Below are positions 34,882 to 45,787 of a stretch of DNA of 64,000 bases, piece after piece. The notes beneath the pieces are model-generated. The model saw only the letters and a list, made by a program, of their open reading frames with translations. It was not told where the DNA came from and did not search any database. The stretch lies in the NCBI GenBank assembly GCA_000004985.1, contig GG738864.1; one strand, given 5' to 3'. Each line of letters starts with the position of its first letter. Position 1 is the stretch's first letter. Source of the stretch: Naegleria gruberi. Lineage: Eukaryota. The translations under genes and the position numbers were made by a program.

Positions 34882-35958
34882 TTAATGATAACGATCAAGG
34901 AGTAATGATTCAAGAAAATAATTGGCACTTTCCAATAATTCATTCAATGGAATTGGAACAAATGAATCGTTCACTTTCTTTGGAAACAATTTAGACACTT
35001 CAGGGGAACTACCATCTGAGCTCAAATACGTCAATCCTGGCATTCCATAAAATGCATGACCATGTGCATGACCAAAATATAGATATTCAAACTCATTAAT
35101 CAATAAAATCAAAATCTCAAAGTCATAATCAACTTTCTTATAGAGACACATTTTGCCACATTTTCTATACTCAACAATTAAGCTAGCCACTCTATCCACA
35201 TTTGATTCACTTACAAATATCTTGTCTTTCACCTCATGTGTAGGATGTAATTCAATATTGGTCAAATTGGCCTCAAATTCATCATTTTCTTGAATAAATT
35301 CTTTGAAAATTTCCATAGCAAATAAACAATCAGATTCTGGACATTTTACATCACAAAGACTATTACAAAATGCAACATTTAAAATAACATTATCATCAAA
35401 GATATCATTAGCATTGATTGCTGCGTAGTTAATCTTTGGAATATGAGGAGAACATTTCTCCGAACACACATGATGAGCCATTTTGTTCTTCAACATTTTG
35501 AAAAGATTAATTTCACCACTATCATCGGAAGATTGACACTTAACCTCCACATCTTGAAATACTAATATTTGAGTTATTTCTTTAGTTAACTTTACCCTTT
35601 TCTTCTCCTCTCTTTCTTCTCTAAAATCCTTTCGTTTCTTATTCAATTCTTCTGGTGTAATAATTTTACGACTAAAGTAATCCACCACTTGTACTACTAT
35701 CCTTTCCAGACCTAAGAAGAGCGCGTGGTGCTTTTCCACCTGTTGATTTTCTGTATGTTTGTTTGGTTCGTGCCATTTTTTTGAGGTTTTTGTAAAAAGA
35801 AAAACTAAGTTTTCCAAAAAAATGTCATCACATGAATGGGGAGGAGATTTTGAGTTGTTCACGATAACGGAAGATGTTATTACTGTTATTGCACCTTTTC
35901 TACCACTGGATGATCGTTTGAAATTTATTAGAATTAGCAAGACTTGGCTCCGAGCCAT
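34882..35958 (-). CDS. Hypothetical protein with possible OTU-like cysteine-protease motifs (tentative). Its 5' end overlaps the divergent plus-strand gene.
   Basis: The Cys motif ESDCLFAMEIF resembles the OTU D(G)NCLFRA motif. The His motif YLYFGHAHGHAFYG lies near the C-terminus. The ATG at 35958 is real, but the first ~45 codons overlap ORF 35759..36931 on the other strand. Confidence 0.3.
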   Translation of the reverse strand: MARSQVLLILINFKRSSSGRKGAITVITSSVIVNNSKSPPHSCDDIFLENLVFLFTKTSKKWHEPNKHTENQQVEKHHALFLGLERIVVQVVDYFSRKIITPEELNKKRKDFREEREEKKRVKLTKEITQILVFQDVEVKCQSSDDSGEINLFKMLKNKMAHHVCSEKCSPHIPKINYAAINANDIFDDNVILNVAFCNSLCDVKCPESDCLFAMEIFKEFIQENDEFEANLTNIELHPTHEVKDKIFVSESNVDRVASLIVEYRKCGKMCLYKKVDYDFEILILLINEFEYLYFGHAHGHAFYGMPGLTYLSSDGSSPEVSKLFPKKVNDSFVPIPLNELLESANYFLESLLLDRYH

Positions 35959-36931
35959 CCGATCACTTCAGAGAATGTGGCGCGATGATGTTTTTATTGG
36001 AATTTTAAGAGGAGATAGGACAATTGGATTGGAAGGAGGTGAGAAAGAGTACTGGGAAGCGTATCCGAACAATTCCAATGAAGATAGCGTGGATTGGATG
36101 AAAGTTGTTCAATTGCAATTTTTAAAACTTCCAAAAAAGATGCAAGTTAAAAAGCATCAAGTTATAAAGATATTGGGAGAAAGCCATTATGGAAATGTTG
36201 ATTTGGTGAAAGAGTGGAAATCACCCTTCCAACCAAAGATTCGTAAAACTATTGAACTACCCTCTGAGAGTTCAATATTTGAATTTCCGTTTAATATTCG
36301 AAATGAAATTGATAAGATTGATGATTTGGATAGAAAAAAAGGAAAACTCAAAGGAATTTATGCTTGTTGCTTTTTCTATGAAATGCTTTCACTAGGTGAT
36401 TATGTACCAAATTTGTATAATGATATAATCAATGTTATTCCAGTTTCAGAAAATTACCAAGTCAACTTGGATTACTTTGCGAGGAGAGAATCTTTTGCTT
36501 TCATTTTGCTAACTATTTTACTGGAAGATTACAAGGATATTTTCCTGGATTGGTTCTTGGAAAGATTAGTTTGCAAATTGAAAGAGCCAAATTGTAAAAT
36601 GTATGAAACCCGAAACATTGTTGGTGAAAAATACACTGAGGAGATGGTAATGGAAGGAGGAATCAGTGATTTGGATTTTTGTCCTAATATTAACGTTAAA
36701 TCATGGCTTTTATTGGAATTATTCAGATACTCTGTTGATTATTTGGAAATTCATGATGATTGGAAGAATCAAGAAGCCAAATTAGATTCCTACATGCTGA
36801 ATGAACTATTTCCATTGTACTATAATGCTGGAGGTGGTTATTATGATGTTCTTAAGGTTACTTTCAGTTTGGATAAATCAAATGGAAACAGAGTTATTCT
36901 TACAAGAACTGAATCTGAAGAATTTTACTAA
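35759..36931 (+). CDS. Hypothetical protein with an F-box-like N-terminal segment. The likely start is ATG 35822 (MSSHEWGG).
   Basis: The F-box-like pattern is DVITVIAPFLPLDDRLKFIRISKTWLRAI. The open frame is 390 codons. The tool's start is upstream of the first plausible ATG. Confidence 0.4.
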   Translation: MFGSCHFFEVFVKRKTKFSKKMSSHEWGGDFELFTITEDVITVIAPFLPLDDRLKFIRISKTWLRAIRSLQRMWRDDVFIGILRGDRTIGLEGGEKEYWEAYPNNSNEDSVDWMKVVQLQFLKLPKKMQVKKHQVIKILGESHYGNVDLVKEWKSPFQPKIRKTIELPSESSIFEFPFNIRNEIDKIDDLDRKKGKLKGIYACCFFYEMLSLGDYVPNLYNDIINVIPVSENYQVNLDYFARRESFAFILLTILLEDYKDIFLDWFLERLVCKLKEPNCKMYETRNIVGEKYTEEMVMEGGISDLDFCPNINVKSWLLLELFRYSVDYLEIHDDWKNQEAKLDSYMLNELFPLYYNAGGGYYDVLKVTFSLDKSNGNRVILTRTESEEFY

Positions 36932-37437
36932 GCTTATGGTTGATAAACCTATTAGCTAATATCTTTACAATGTATTTTACTATTGTATTTGCAGACCACT
37001 GATTGGTGACACCATGACACAACAGTATAATTAACTTCACAATTTCATTTTTGATCTTTTAACATAATACAACATGAATATCAGTAAGCCATGTCATGAA
37101 AATCTTTCCAATCAAAAAAGTCACTCTCACAAGAATTTTCCTTTTCATCATTCGATCACTGACATGTTTCAATACTAACACTTTCTAATACAACGTAATT
37201 GCAATTGCATCTACTATTCGAATTGTATCTACATTGCAAAAATGTTTTCCCTCCATAACAAACTTCGCTTTAAAACAAACAGAAAAAAAAGAGTCGACAT
37301 CGCGTTTTGCTCAGCGTTTCATTTTCTCTCTTGTTGGACAAAGATCGGCAATTAAAACAAAAAAGGGTTTCAATACGAAAGGTCTTGTATAGTGCGCAGT
37401 CAATTAGGAAAGAAAATTAATTGGACAATAGGAAAAG

Positions 37438-38865
37438 ATGGGTAATTCGATTCATAGGAGAAAACAACATGAACGTGTTGGAAAGAAGGAAAGACATGTT
37501 GCAAGGAAGGAATTTGAATTATTGGCTTTTGGATTTCAAGCATGCATTTCGAATAATGCTAACAACAGTGGAATACATCAGGATGCAACAGCAAACAATA
37601 CAGAGCTGTCATCATGCAAAAGGACTCTTCACTTGCCTTCTAAATCCATTGTTCGTGAAATAATATCTGGAGGCAACTTTACCGTTTTCAGAACCTTCTC
37701 AAACAAGCTATTTATCAAACATATCGGAGAGGCAAAGAAGACATCTGGTAATGCAATTCGACTTTCTGGTAAGGTTGCAAGATTTAAATATCATAAAGTC
37801 AACCATCAGAAAAATAATGACCAAATGTGGGGCGACAACCTAAAACGATTGCAATACAAGATTGGGAACAATACAGACCTTGGAGAAATTCATTGCTCGA
37901 ATCATTCAATTTGTTTGAGAATGAAGGATGATTCAATAACAATATTTGATGATTATTCCAAGAGTATGCTCCACATTACTGATTACAAGAGCAGAAATGA
38001 ATTGAAAAGCATCTATTCTGGCTCATTGGCATCAACCTTTATATTTGTAAATAATAGAAATCAAGTCTATTTATGCAAACACAAGGAAAATAATATAATT
38101 GACAAGAATTATGAACCGTTCACATTCTTAAAGAATGTACCATTACCTGAAATTTTTGGAAAGTCAACAATCATTAAGGGAGTTTGTGGAGCTGAAAAAT
38201 CATTTATAATTATTGAGAATTGTACGGATGGTTCTCATCAGCTTTGTTCTTTCAATGATACGATTCAACAATTTGAAATCGTACCAACACTCTTCCAAGG
38301 AGAGCGTATTCAAGATATTTCATGTGGTTATCGACACATGGCAGCAATTCTGGAATGTGGTGATGTTTTCCTTAGTACAAGTACTTCTGAAATATCATTC
38401 AAATTGATTCAATTTCCTCTCTTCCCATTCATAAAGTTGAACGAACCTCCAAAAAGAAGAAGTAATCCAAATAGAAAGCAAGAAGTTTCCAAAGATCCAT
38501 ATGCATTAATATATGAAAGAGATCAAATGGTAGGAACTATCAAACCGTTCATTCCTCAAAGAGTTTTATGCTCCTCTCTTGCTACCTTCTTCCTCAATGA
38601 CAAGGGATGCATCATACTAGGTCAACCATGTAATGATGTTACTCCAACATTTTTATTCGATGATGGCAGTTCTGCTTTCTATCATGCATTCAATGAAGAT
38701 GGTCTTGTGCCCAACAGTGAAATTAGTGTAGGTGGTTGGCACTTTTCCTTTCATCAGACTAAATTAATTTCCAAAACCTCACTCCAACACTTTCAATCCA
38801 ATTTTAAATATTTAACAGATGATAATACTACAAGTACGAGTGATATTACTATCATTTGCCAATAA
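37438..38865 (+). CDS. Hypothetical 475-aa protein with an N-myristoylation-type start (MGNSIH) and an RCC1-like repeat fragment
   Basis: A real ATG is present and the protein begins MGNS. An RCC1-like motif is DISCGYRHMAAILECGDVFL. Confidence 0.45.
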   Translation: MGNSIHRRKQHERVGKKERHVARKEFELLAFGFQACISNNANNSGIHQDATANNTELSSCKRTLHLPSKSIVREIISGGNFTVFRTFSNKLFIKHIGEAKKTSGNAIRLSGKVARFKYHKVNHQKNNDQMWGDNLKRLQYKIGNNTDLGEIHCSNHSICLRMKDDSITIFDDYSKSMLHITDYKSRNELKSIYSGSLASTFIFVNNRNQVYLCKHKENNIIDKNYEPFTFLKNVPLPEIFGKSTIIKGVCGAEKSFIIIENCTDGSHQLCSFNDTIQQFEIVPTLFQGERIQDISCGYRHMAAILECGDVFLSTSTSEISFKLIQFPLFPFIKLNEPPKRRSNPNRKQEVSKDPYALIYERDQMVGTIKPFIPQRVLCSSLATFFLNDKGCIILGQPCNDVTPTFLFDDGSSAFYHAFNEDGLVPNSEISVGGWHFSFHQTKLISKTSLQHFQSNFKYLTDDNTTSTSDITIICQ

Positions 38866-38940
38866 AGATATTTAAATAATGGATCATTAGATATCATCAC
38901 CAACAGTACTACCAAATTGATTTCAAGTTCCGATAAAAAG

Positions 38941-39255
38941 TTATTCATCATCGTCATCAAAGGTTTCTCCATATTCTTGTTTAATAGAGTCAAACAATTG
39001 CTGTTTGCTCTCCTCGAATTTATTCCTCAACTCTTCGTATACTTTTTCATATTCATCAAACATTTCCTCCTCTGCCGAATCTAGAACAATTTCCCTCTTA
39101 CAGACTGCTGGTTGTCCCGAAAATTCTGATGAAAGGGTAAAAATCTTATTTTCTTTAAAATCGAGCGTTGCTGATGGTGGAAGAGGAGGAGGTACAACTA
39201 TGGAATTTAGAGCATTATCATAATCCTCGAAATCCTCATCGTCATACAAAACCAT
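38941..39255 (-). CDS. Small acidic protein (104 aa)
   Basis: A real ATG is present (ATG GTT TTG TAT GAC GAT). The protein is rich in D/E at both ends and has a PPPLPP motif. Confidence 0.3.
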   Translation of the reverse strand: MVLYDDEDFEDYDNALNSIVVPPPLPPSATLDFKENKIFTLSSEFSGQPAVCKREIVLDSAEEEMFDEYEKVYEELRNKFEESKQQLFDSIKQEYGETFDDDDE

Positions 39256-39836
39256 TTTTTTTAAATATTTTTAAATATTATTATTATTTTAAAAGGTTCT
39301 CATTTACTGTTTGGATTCAAGTACGTAATAATAAAAATACTTAATTTATTAAATTAATTTCAATTATGTTCATCGAGCTTCAATTATACCAATAAGGAAA
39401 CGTAAAAATAACTATCTTAAATCCTCACAAACAACAAACTATTTCACTAAGGAATTGATACAAAACTTCTGTTATACAACAAAACCACTTCACTGAGCCA
39501 TCTATTCAACAATGGTCAACATCGTACATTCATAATTTTATTGCCCTCATCACAATTTTGGGCAAATTCAAGTTTTGTAATCTCCATGTCTACAGCTGCG
39601 ATCTTTGGAGAATAGGAGAAAACTTTGAGTTTTAAAATAAACTTCGCACTCTTGTCGTTAAAAAAAATTTACATTAAAAAAAAGCGGCAATTCTCTTCCA
39701 ATCCCTTCTCTCCTGTACATTACCTAGATTTGGCTGCTTTTTGAAGCTTCATCGCTATCATACAATTTCCATCACCATCATCAAAAATAATATTATTATT
39801 ATTTTATTAAATTTTTAATAGATCATTCCGAATATC

Positions 39837-40466
39837 ATGTCTTCTCTAATTTCCAATAATAATACATCTGCTAATAGACGTTTGGCTGTCCATTTGAATC
39901 ACTTGGTTCCTTCAACAACATCACCTCTTGCTCAACAAGCAAGCAGCAGCAACAACAGCAGCAGTACTATTGAACAACAAGTTTGTGCTGGCCAAATCAT
40001 TCAAGCAAATCCAACTCTTGGTTATACTTATCCAAACGAAGAAAATGATCGTTACAGCAGTATTTCATACAACTATAACCATACTTTTGATGTCAAAAAG
40101 ATGCAAGCTTGGTTGAATGGCAGTTTTGATAAGAAGGCCATGTATAAATTCCTTGATAATCCACTCTTGCTCAAGAGATCCACAAATATGCCAAAGGAAG
40201 AAGCCAGAGAATTGACTCTTCAACAAGTTGCCTTCCTCTGCAAGTCAGGTCTCTATCGTATTTCGGATATGAAAAAGACACCAGAACTCATTCTTAACAG
40301 ATTGGAAAATACTGGTCTCATTGAATCATCAAGTAATGTCAAGTTAGGTGTCCAATTGGTTCTTTTCGCTGGTAGTATCCTCAATTTGGGTACTAAGAAG
40401 CATCACGACAAGTATTTGAAGGCAGCTGAATGTATTGAGCTTCCTGGTATGTTTGCCATGACTGAA
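39837..40466 (+). CDS. Acyl-CoA oxidase, exon 1 (N-terminal low-complexity region plus the N-terminal domain)
   Basis: A real ATG is present. The exon ends ...ELPGMFAMTE and the donor is GAA|gtatgt. Confidence 0.8.
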
Positions 40467-40549
40467 GTATGTTATTTGTTTTATATTTGATTTTTTAACA
40501 CAATCATTTCCGATTTCATTATCTTCTATTGGATAATTAATAATTACAG

Positions 40550-42172
40550 ATTGAACACGGAAGTAATGTCAGACAACTCCAAACTACTGCCACTTTTGAT
40601 GAAAATACTAACGAATTCATTATCAACACTCCAAATAAGGGTGCTGTAAAGTGGTGGCTCGGTAATGCTGCTTGTCACGGTGTTATGGCTACTGTCTTTG
40701 CCAGACTCATTTTGAAGGGTAAGGATTATGGTGTCCATGCATTCCTCTGTCCAATCAGAGATGCCCAAACACATAAACTCATGCCTGGTGTTATTGCTGG
40801 TGACTGTGGTGACAAGATTGGTTTGCACGGTATTGACAATGGCTTCTTGGAATTTACCAATGTTCGTGTTCCATATGATAATTTGTTGGACAGATTTGGA
40901 GGTATTGATTTGAATACCAAGAGTTACAAGTCTGACTATGAAAATCCAGACAGAAGATTTGCTGCTGTTTTGGGTGAATTGATTACTGGTAGAGTTACCC
41001 TCATCAGTGGTTCAATTAATTGCAGAAGAGCTGCCCTTATGATTGCTACTCGTTATGCTAGTCAAAGATGTCAATTTGGTCCTGGAAAGGATTTACCAGA
41101 ACAACCAATTCTTGACTACAAGTCACACAAGGTCAAGTTGATGCCAATCATTGCCTCTGCCTATGCCTATGAATTTACCAAGAGAAAGGTTATCAAGAAG
41201 TATTGCAGAATGCACTTGGAAAAGGTCAGTGACGATGAATTACAAGAAGTTCACGCCCTTGCTGCTGGTGTTAAGGCTGTTATCACTTGGGATACTCAAG
41301 AATATTTGCAAACCCTCAGAGAAATGTGTGGTGGTCATGCTTACTCTGCATATAACCGTTTGGGTGCTGTTCGTGATGATCACGATGTTTTCCAAACCTT
41401 TGAAGGTGATAACACTGTTCTCATCCAACAATTGGGTGGTTTCTTGTTGAAGGAATTCAGTAGACAATTCACTGGTGAAATGATTTCTGATTCTATCAAT
41501 TATATTAGAAAGCAAGTTGGTGGTATGCTCACAAAGAGAAATCCAGTCATTACTAGATTTGCCAGTAAGAAGCACTTGAGAAATTCTGAATTCCATCTCC
41601 AAGCTTTTGAATACAGAACTGCCAAATTGCTCCAAGAATGTGCCATTGAAATTAATGGTAGAAAGAAGAAGCAAGGCATGTTCCATGCTTTCAATGAATC
41701 TCTTCCAAAACTCATTCGTTTGGGTAGAGCTTATGTTGAACAAGTTGCTCTCCAAGACTTCCTCAGTGAAATTGAAAATATCACTGATTCTGAACTTAAG
41801 CGTATTTTGAAATTGATGGCTGACTTGTTTGCTTTGGATACCATGTCTAAGAATATTGGTGAATTCCTTGACCTCATTAAGAAGAACAAGTTCTCTGCCA
41901 TCCAAAACATGATTGAATGGTTGTGTGATGAATTAAGAGTCCATGCTGTTTCCTTGGTCGATGCTTTCGGTTTCCCAGACTTCCTTCTTGATGCTCCAAT
42001 TGGTAAGAGAGATCATGGTAATTATGTTCACCACATTCTTGATTATGCTCTCACTAGAAATAAGGGTAATGCTGATATTGTTGGCAAGATGGTCACAGCC
42101 AAGAAGGTCAACAAGAAACAAGTTGTCAGAGATGAAAGAGAAACTAACGATGTCATGGAAATTGATTTGTAA
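40550..42172 (+). CDS. Acyl-CoA oxidase, exon 2
   Basis: After the ~83-nt intron the protein reads IEHGSNVRQLQTTATFD...WWLGNAA..., then GFLEFTNVRVPYDNLLDRF and CGGHAYSAYNRLG. These are the ACOX N-terminal, middle and C-terminal domain signatures. The frame is consistent with ORF 40685..42172. Confidence 0.85.
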   Translation: MEHGSNVRQLQTTATFDENTNEFIINTPNKGAVKWWLGNAACHGVMATVFARLILKGKDYGVHAFLCPIRDAQTHKLMPGVIAGDCGDKIGLHGIDNGFLEFTNVRVPYDNLLDRFGGIDLNTKSYKSDYENPDRRFAAVLGELITGRVTLISGSINCRRAALMIATRYASQRCQFGPGKDLPEQPILDYKSHKVKLMPIIASAYAYEFTKRKVIKKYCRMHLEKVSDDELQEVHALAAGVKAVITWDTQEYLQTLREMCGGHAYSAYNRLGAVRDDHDVFQTFEGDNTVLIQQLGGFLLKEFSRQFTGEMISDSINYIRKQVGGMLTKRNPVITRFASKKHLRNSEFHLQAFEYRTAKLLQECAIEINGRKKKQGMFHAFNESLPKLIRLGRAYVEQVALQDFLSEIENITDSELKRILKLMADLFALDTMSKNIGEFLDLIKKNKFSAIQNMIEWLCDELRVHAVSLVDAFGFPDFLLDAPIGKRDHGNYVHHILDYALTRNKGNADIVGKMVTAKKVNKKQVVRDERETNDVMEIDL

Positions 42173-42223
42173 ATATATTGTATAAAACAGTTTTTATTTA
42201 TTGAAGTTAAATTTGAAATTCAC

Positions 42224-45200
42224 TTAATGGAAGTTAGATTGAGGAGTTTCACCATTTTCCAATGTATGATGGTAGTTTTTGGTATTCTTTCGAATATGGT
42301 AAACGGTTCCAATCAGCGTTACTAACAATACACTGAATGAAATTAATGAGATTGAAACCAATGCCAGAATATATGAGTGCCCACTGCTTGCTTGAACTTG
42401 TGGAGAATAAACAGGAAGGGGGTTCACTATAGGAGTCAATACACAAGCTTGCATTGTATCAGAAACCTTATAATCACTGTTTGAGCAGTAAGGAGTCAAC
42501 ATTCTAATTCTATCACTCTCGTCGTCAGTAAAGTAAACAGATAGTCCATCACTTGAGAAGGAGAGGGAACGAGAAAAGGTTAATCTTGTTGGTTTGGCAT
42601 CACCATCCCCATTGTAACCAAAATCAAATCCTGCTATTCTTTCCACTATGGCATTCTCCTCTCTCCACAAAAGTTTGAATATTCCACTACTTGAGTGTTC
42701 CGTAAATAGAACATATTGGTCATTAGCTAGGATGCTAGCTGGGTATGACAATAAAGTGTCCTTTCCTTTTGAACCTTCTCTGATGAATGAGTGTTGATGA
42801 GGTTTTCCAATAACTGTTGAAATAATTCCTTTAGAAATCTTTCTAATAATGAAATTTCTCTGATCCACAAAGAATAAATCGCCATTCTTCGTAAGACTCA
42901 TATGAGTTGGGCTATTAAGCAAAGCTTTGGATGCATCTGTTTCATCGTTATAGCCATGAACCCCAGGAATTCCATAAAGTGTTGACATTATACCATTTTT
43001 TGAAACTTTTCTAATAACATGATGACCAGAGTCAGCAATTAAAATCTCATCCTCAGGAGTCACTATGAAAGAGCCAGGATCATATAATAGTGCCTGATTT
43101 GCTGGTAAGCCATCACCTATTCCACCGCCAATAGTTTTGACCAATCCATTCGATAGTTTTCTTATTAATCCCTTTTTAGGTTCAGTAAATAATATGTCTT
43201 GCTCTGTTTCTCCAAATGACAAGCCATTAAGGAATGTGAAATGAAACCTTGTTGGGTCACTCAAATCATTGGCAGAAACTGTAATATTTCCAACTAAAAG
43301 GGTCAATTTACCTTCTGAAAACTTGCTTAAAGAGCCAGGCAAATGTGTTACATAAATATCATCACTTTTGGAAAGAATCAAGTGTTGAGGTCCATAAACT
43401 TCAAATACTGTGGAGATATTTCCGTTTGGTGAAATCCTTTTCACTTTTCCGTCCAACATGTCTGTCATATAAATTTCTTCTTTTGAATTTACAGCAATAC
43501 TTGATGGTCTAATGAAATAGTCAGCTCCCTGTGTAACAATTTCAACCATGTCACCAACTACTTTCAAAATTCTATTATTGTTTGCATCTGCTACATAGAG
43601 TTTGTCATCTTCAGTAACATATAAACCTTCTGGGAAATCCAATTGAATATCAGTAGCTGTTCTATTTCTAATATCACTCACACCTGTAACACCACTTCCT
43701 AAAACAGTTTCCATTTTCTTTTCTTCAATATTCACTTTTTTAACTTCAGATCCTGTTGAAAAGTATATTAAACCATTTCTTTCAAAGATCGCCAGTGGTT
43801 CTTCAATGAACGTATTGATAATTGCAGAGCTATCCATTCCAACAAGAGTTGAAATAATGCCCTTCTTATTGATTGCTCTGATTCTTTGATTTTTGGTATC
43901 AGCAATTAATACCATTTCTAATTGATTGGAATAAAAGACTGATAATGGATGATAGAGGAGAGCACTTGTAGCTAATGAGCCATCTCCATAATAGTGATGT
44001 CTGGTTCCAGCAACTCGAATAACCTTCCCAGTGGCTGATGAGAATTTATAAATAGTGTCATCCTGTGTGAAATAAACATCATTGCCAACTCTTTGAGCCA
44101 TAATATTAGGGTGATTCTCCAATTTAACCTTATTTAAAGGCAAATCATCTAGGTATTTGTGAGTGGAGATGGCTGATTTTACTCCCAATGTATGAGTAAT
44201 GATTGAATTTGCAATGGTACGAATTTTAGGATATTCCAAGTGGTCGACTAGGGTAACAATATCCCTTCCATTCTTTGACGTTACATGAATGTGATGAGGA
44301 GTTGATTGGGATTGAATGGCAGGTTTACCATTACCAAAGTAGAACTTTTCACCATTACCAAAAGAATTTGTGACTTGCCCATTTCCATCAATCTTAAAGA
44401 TGATATTGCTTTGAACACTGGCTACATAAATATCAGCACTATTTTCGAATTGAATCAATGAGTAAGGAAGAGTGATTTTAGAACTTGGAATGGAGAAAAT
44501 CTTTCCTTCAGATGTTATTTTCCTAACACCATCAAAACTCAATTCTGTGAATAGGATTTCATTATTGTGGTTGACAAAGATCTTGTGAGGTACAATACTG
44601 ACATTCGTGGCGATGTAACCATCAATAACAGGAAGATCTACTCCCTTACCAGCAATGATTGTAACAATACCATTCTCAACCTTTCTAATATTATAGGTAT
44701 CAGTAATGTAAACTATTGTCTTTCCACTCTTTGAATCATACTTTACAAAAACAGAACTAGGATTAGTCAAGAGATCATTTGATTCCACAACAGAATCATC
44801 AGCATCTCCACTCTTTCCACATTTTCCAGCAACTATTGTAATGTTACCACTCGATAATTCAATCTTCCTTATCCAATGATTGTGTGTTTCAACAACGTAC
44901 AAATATTCCTCACTTCCTTCACTGGAATGAAAAAGATCTTGAATTTGTAAAAAACCAGGATTTTCTACAGTTGTTTCTGAATCAACTTGACACCTCTCAT
45001 TATTTCTACTATTAGAAGCCACTAGAACAATCCTTCCACTTGAATCAATCTTTTTAATTTCATTTCCAAAAGTTTCCACAAAGTAAACTTGCCCACTCTT
45101 CTTGGAAACAGTCAAGGCATGAGGAGAGATTTTCTGTTGTGTGGCCATCTGTGATTCAAACCATCCAACAAAACCAGAAACTCCAGCAATAACCTCAACA

Positions 45201-45532
45201 ACCTTAGAAGGCTCACCCTCAATAAGAGATAACCTCTTTATCAGACCACTCATTCCATCTACAACAAATAGATAATTTTGATAGTAATCCATTGATAGAG
45301 GTCTTCCGATTGGCAATTCATCAGGTGATAATAATGTTTCTCCACCAGCAATGGTTGAAATATTGTACTGGAGAGGAGCATACCTTTGACCAGCTTGTTC
45401 ATTCTTCCTTAATTGCTGACTTGAAACCAGCCTCGTCATTATGATCATCACAATAACACTCATCATTGGCATTATTCTTCTAAGAGTTGTTATTACTTTC
45501 ATTGTTGATGAGGAAGGAACGGAGGAGGACAT
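42224..45532 (-). CDS. NHL-repeat type I transmembrane protein (1102 aa) with a multi-blade beta-propeller ectodomain, a single C-terminal TM and a short tail
   Basis: A real ATG and a signal-like segment MPMMSVIVMIIMTRLVSS are present. NHL-type repeats are IYVTDTYNIRKV, VLIADTKNQRIRAI, LYVADANNNRILKV and ILIADSGHHVIRKV. The TM is ILALVSISLISFSVLLVTLIGTVY. Confidence 0.75.
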   Translation of the reverse strand: MSSSVPSSSTMKVITTLRRIMPMMSVIVMIIMTRLVSSQQLRKNEQAGQRYAPLQYNISTIAGGETLLSPDELPIGRPLSMDYYQNYLFVVDGMSGLIKRLSLIEGEPSKVVEVIAGVSGFVGWFESQMATQQKISPHALTVSKKSGQVYFVETFGNEIKKIDSSGRIVLVASNSRNNERCQVDSETTVENPGFLQIQDLFHSSEGSEEYLYVVETHNHWIRKIELSSGNITIVAGKCGKSGDADDSVVESNDLLTNPSSVFVKYDSKSGKTIVYITDTYNIRKVENGIVTIIAGKGVDLPVIDGYIATNVSIVPHKIFVNHNNEILFTELSFDGVRKITSEGKIFSIPSSKITLPYSLIQFENSADIYVASVQSNIIFKIDGNGQVTNSFGNGEKFYFGNGKPAIQSQSTPHHIHVTSKNGRDIVTLVDHLEYPKIRTIANSIITHTLGVKSAISTHKYLDDLPLNKVKLENHPNIMAQRVGNDVYFTQDDTIYKFSSATGKVIRVAGTRHHYYGDGSLATSALLYHPLSVFYSNQLEMVLIADTKNQRIRAINKKGIISTLVGMDSSAIINTFIEEPLAIFERNGLIYFSTGSEVKKVNIEEKKMETVLGSGVTGVSDIRNRTATDIQLDFPEGLYVTEDDKLYVADANNNRILKVVGDMVEIVTQGADYFIRPSSIAVNSKEEIYMTDMLDGKVKRISPNGNISTVFEVYGPQHLILSKSDDIYVTHLPGSLSKFSEGKLTLLVGNITVSANDLSDPTRFHFTFLNGLSFGETEQDILFTEPKKGLIRKLSNGLVKTIGGGIGDGLPANQALLYDPGSFIVTPEDEILIADSGHHVIRKVSKNGIMSTLYGIPGVHGYNDETDASKALLNSPTHMSLTKNGDLFFVDQRNFIIRKISKGIISTVIGKPHQHSFIREGSKGKDTLLSYPASILANDQYVLFTEHSSSGIFKLLWREENAIVERIAGFDFGYNGDGDAKPTRLTFSRSLSFSSDGLSVYFTDDESDRIRMLTPYCSNSDYKVSDTMQACVLTPIVNPLPVYSPQVQASSGHSYILALVSISLISFSVLLVTLIGTVYHIRKNTKNYHHTLENGETPQSNFH

Positions 45533-45787
45533 TTTTTAATAGATGTGATGAAAATTATACGGTACTACTGTAGTAGTAGGTACATTATGGATTCTACTTT
45601 TGATTATTTCACCATACGATAAATTGTTGTTGTGTTTGATGAAAATAGTGTCGAGCATGAGGTCATGATGATAGTTTTTTTAAATTTTAAACGGCTAGAC
45701 AAATGAAATGTTGATCTTCCTCTTGTTGATGAGCATGTTGCTCTGATTTCTCTTGCCTGTGAGGAAGAATTCTTTTTCATGTGGTAG

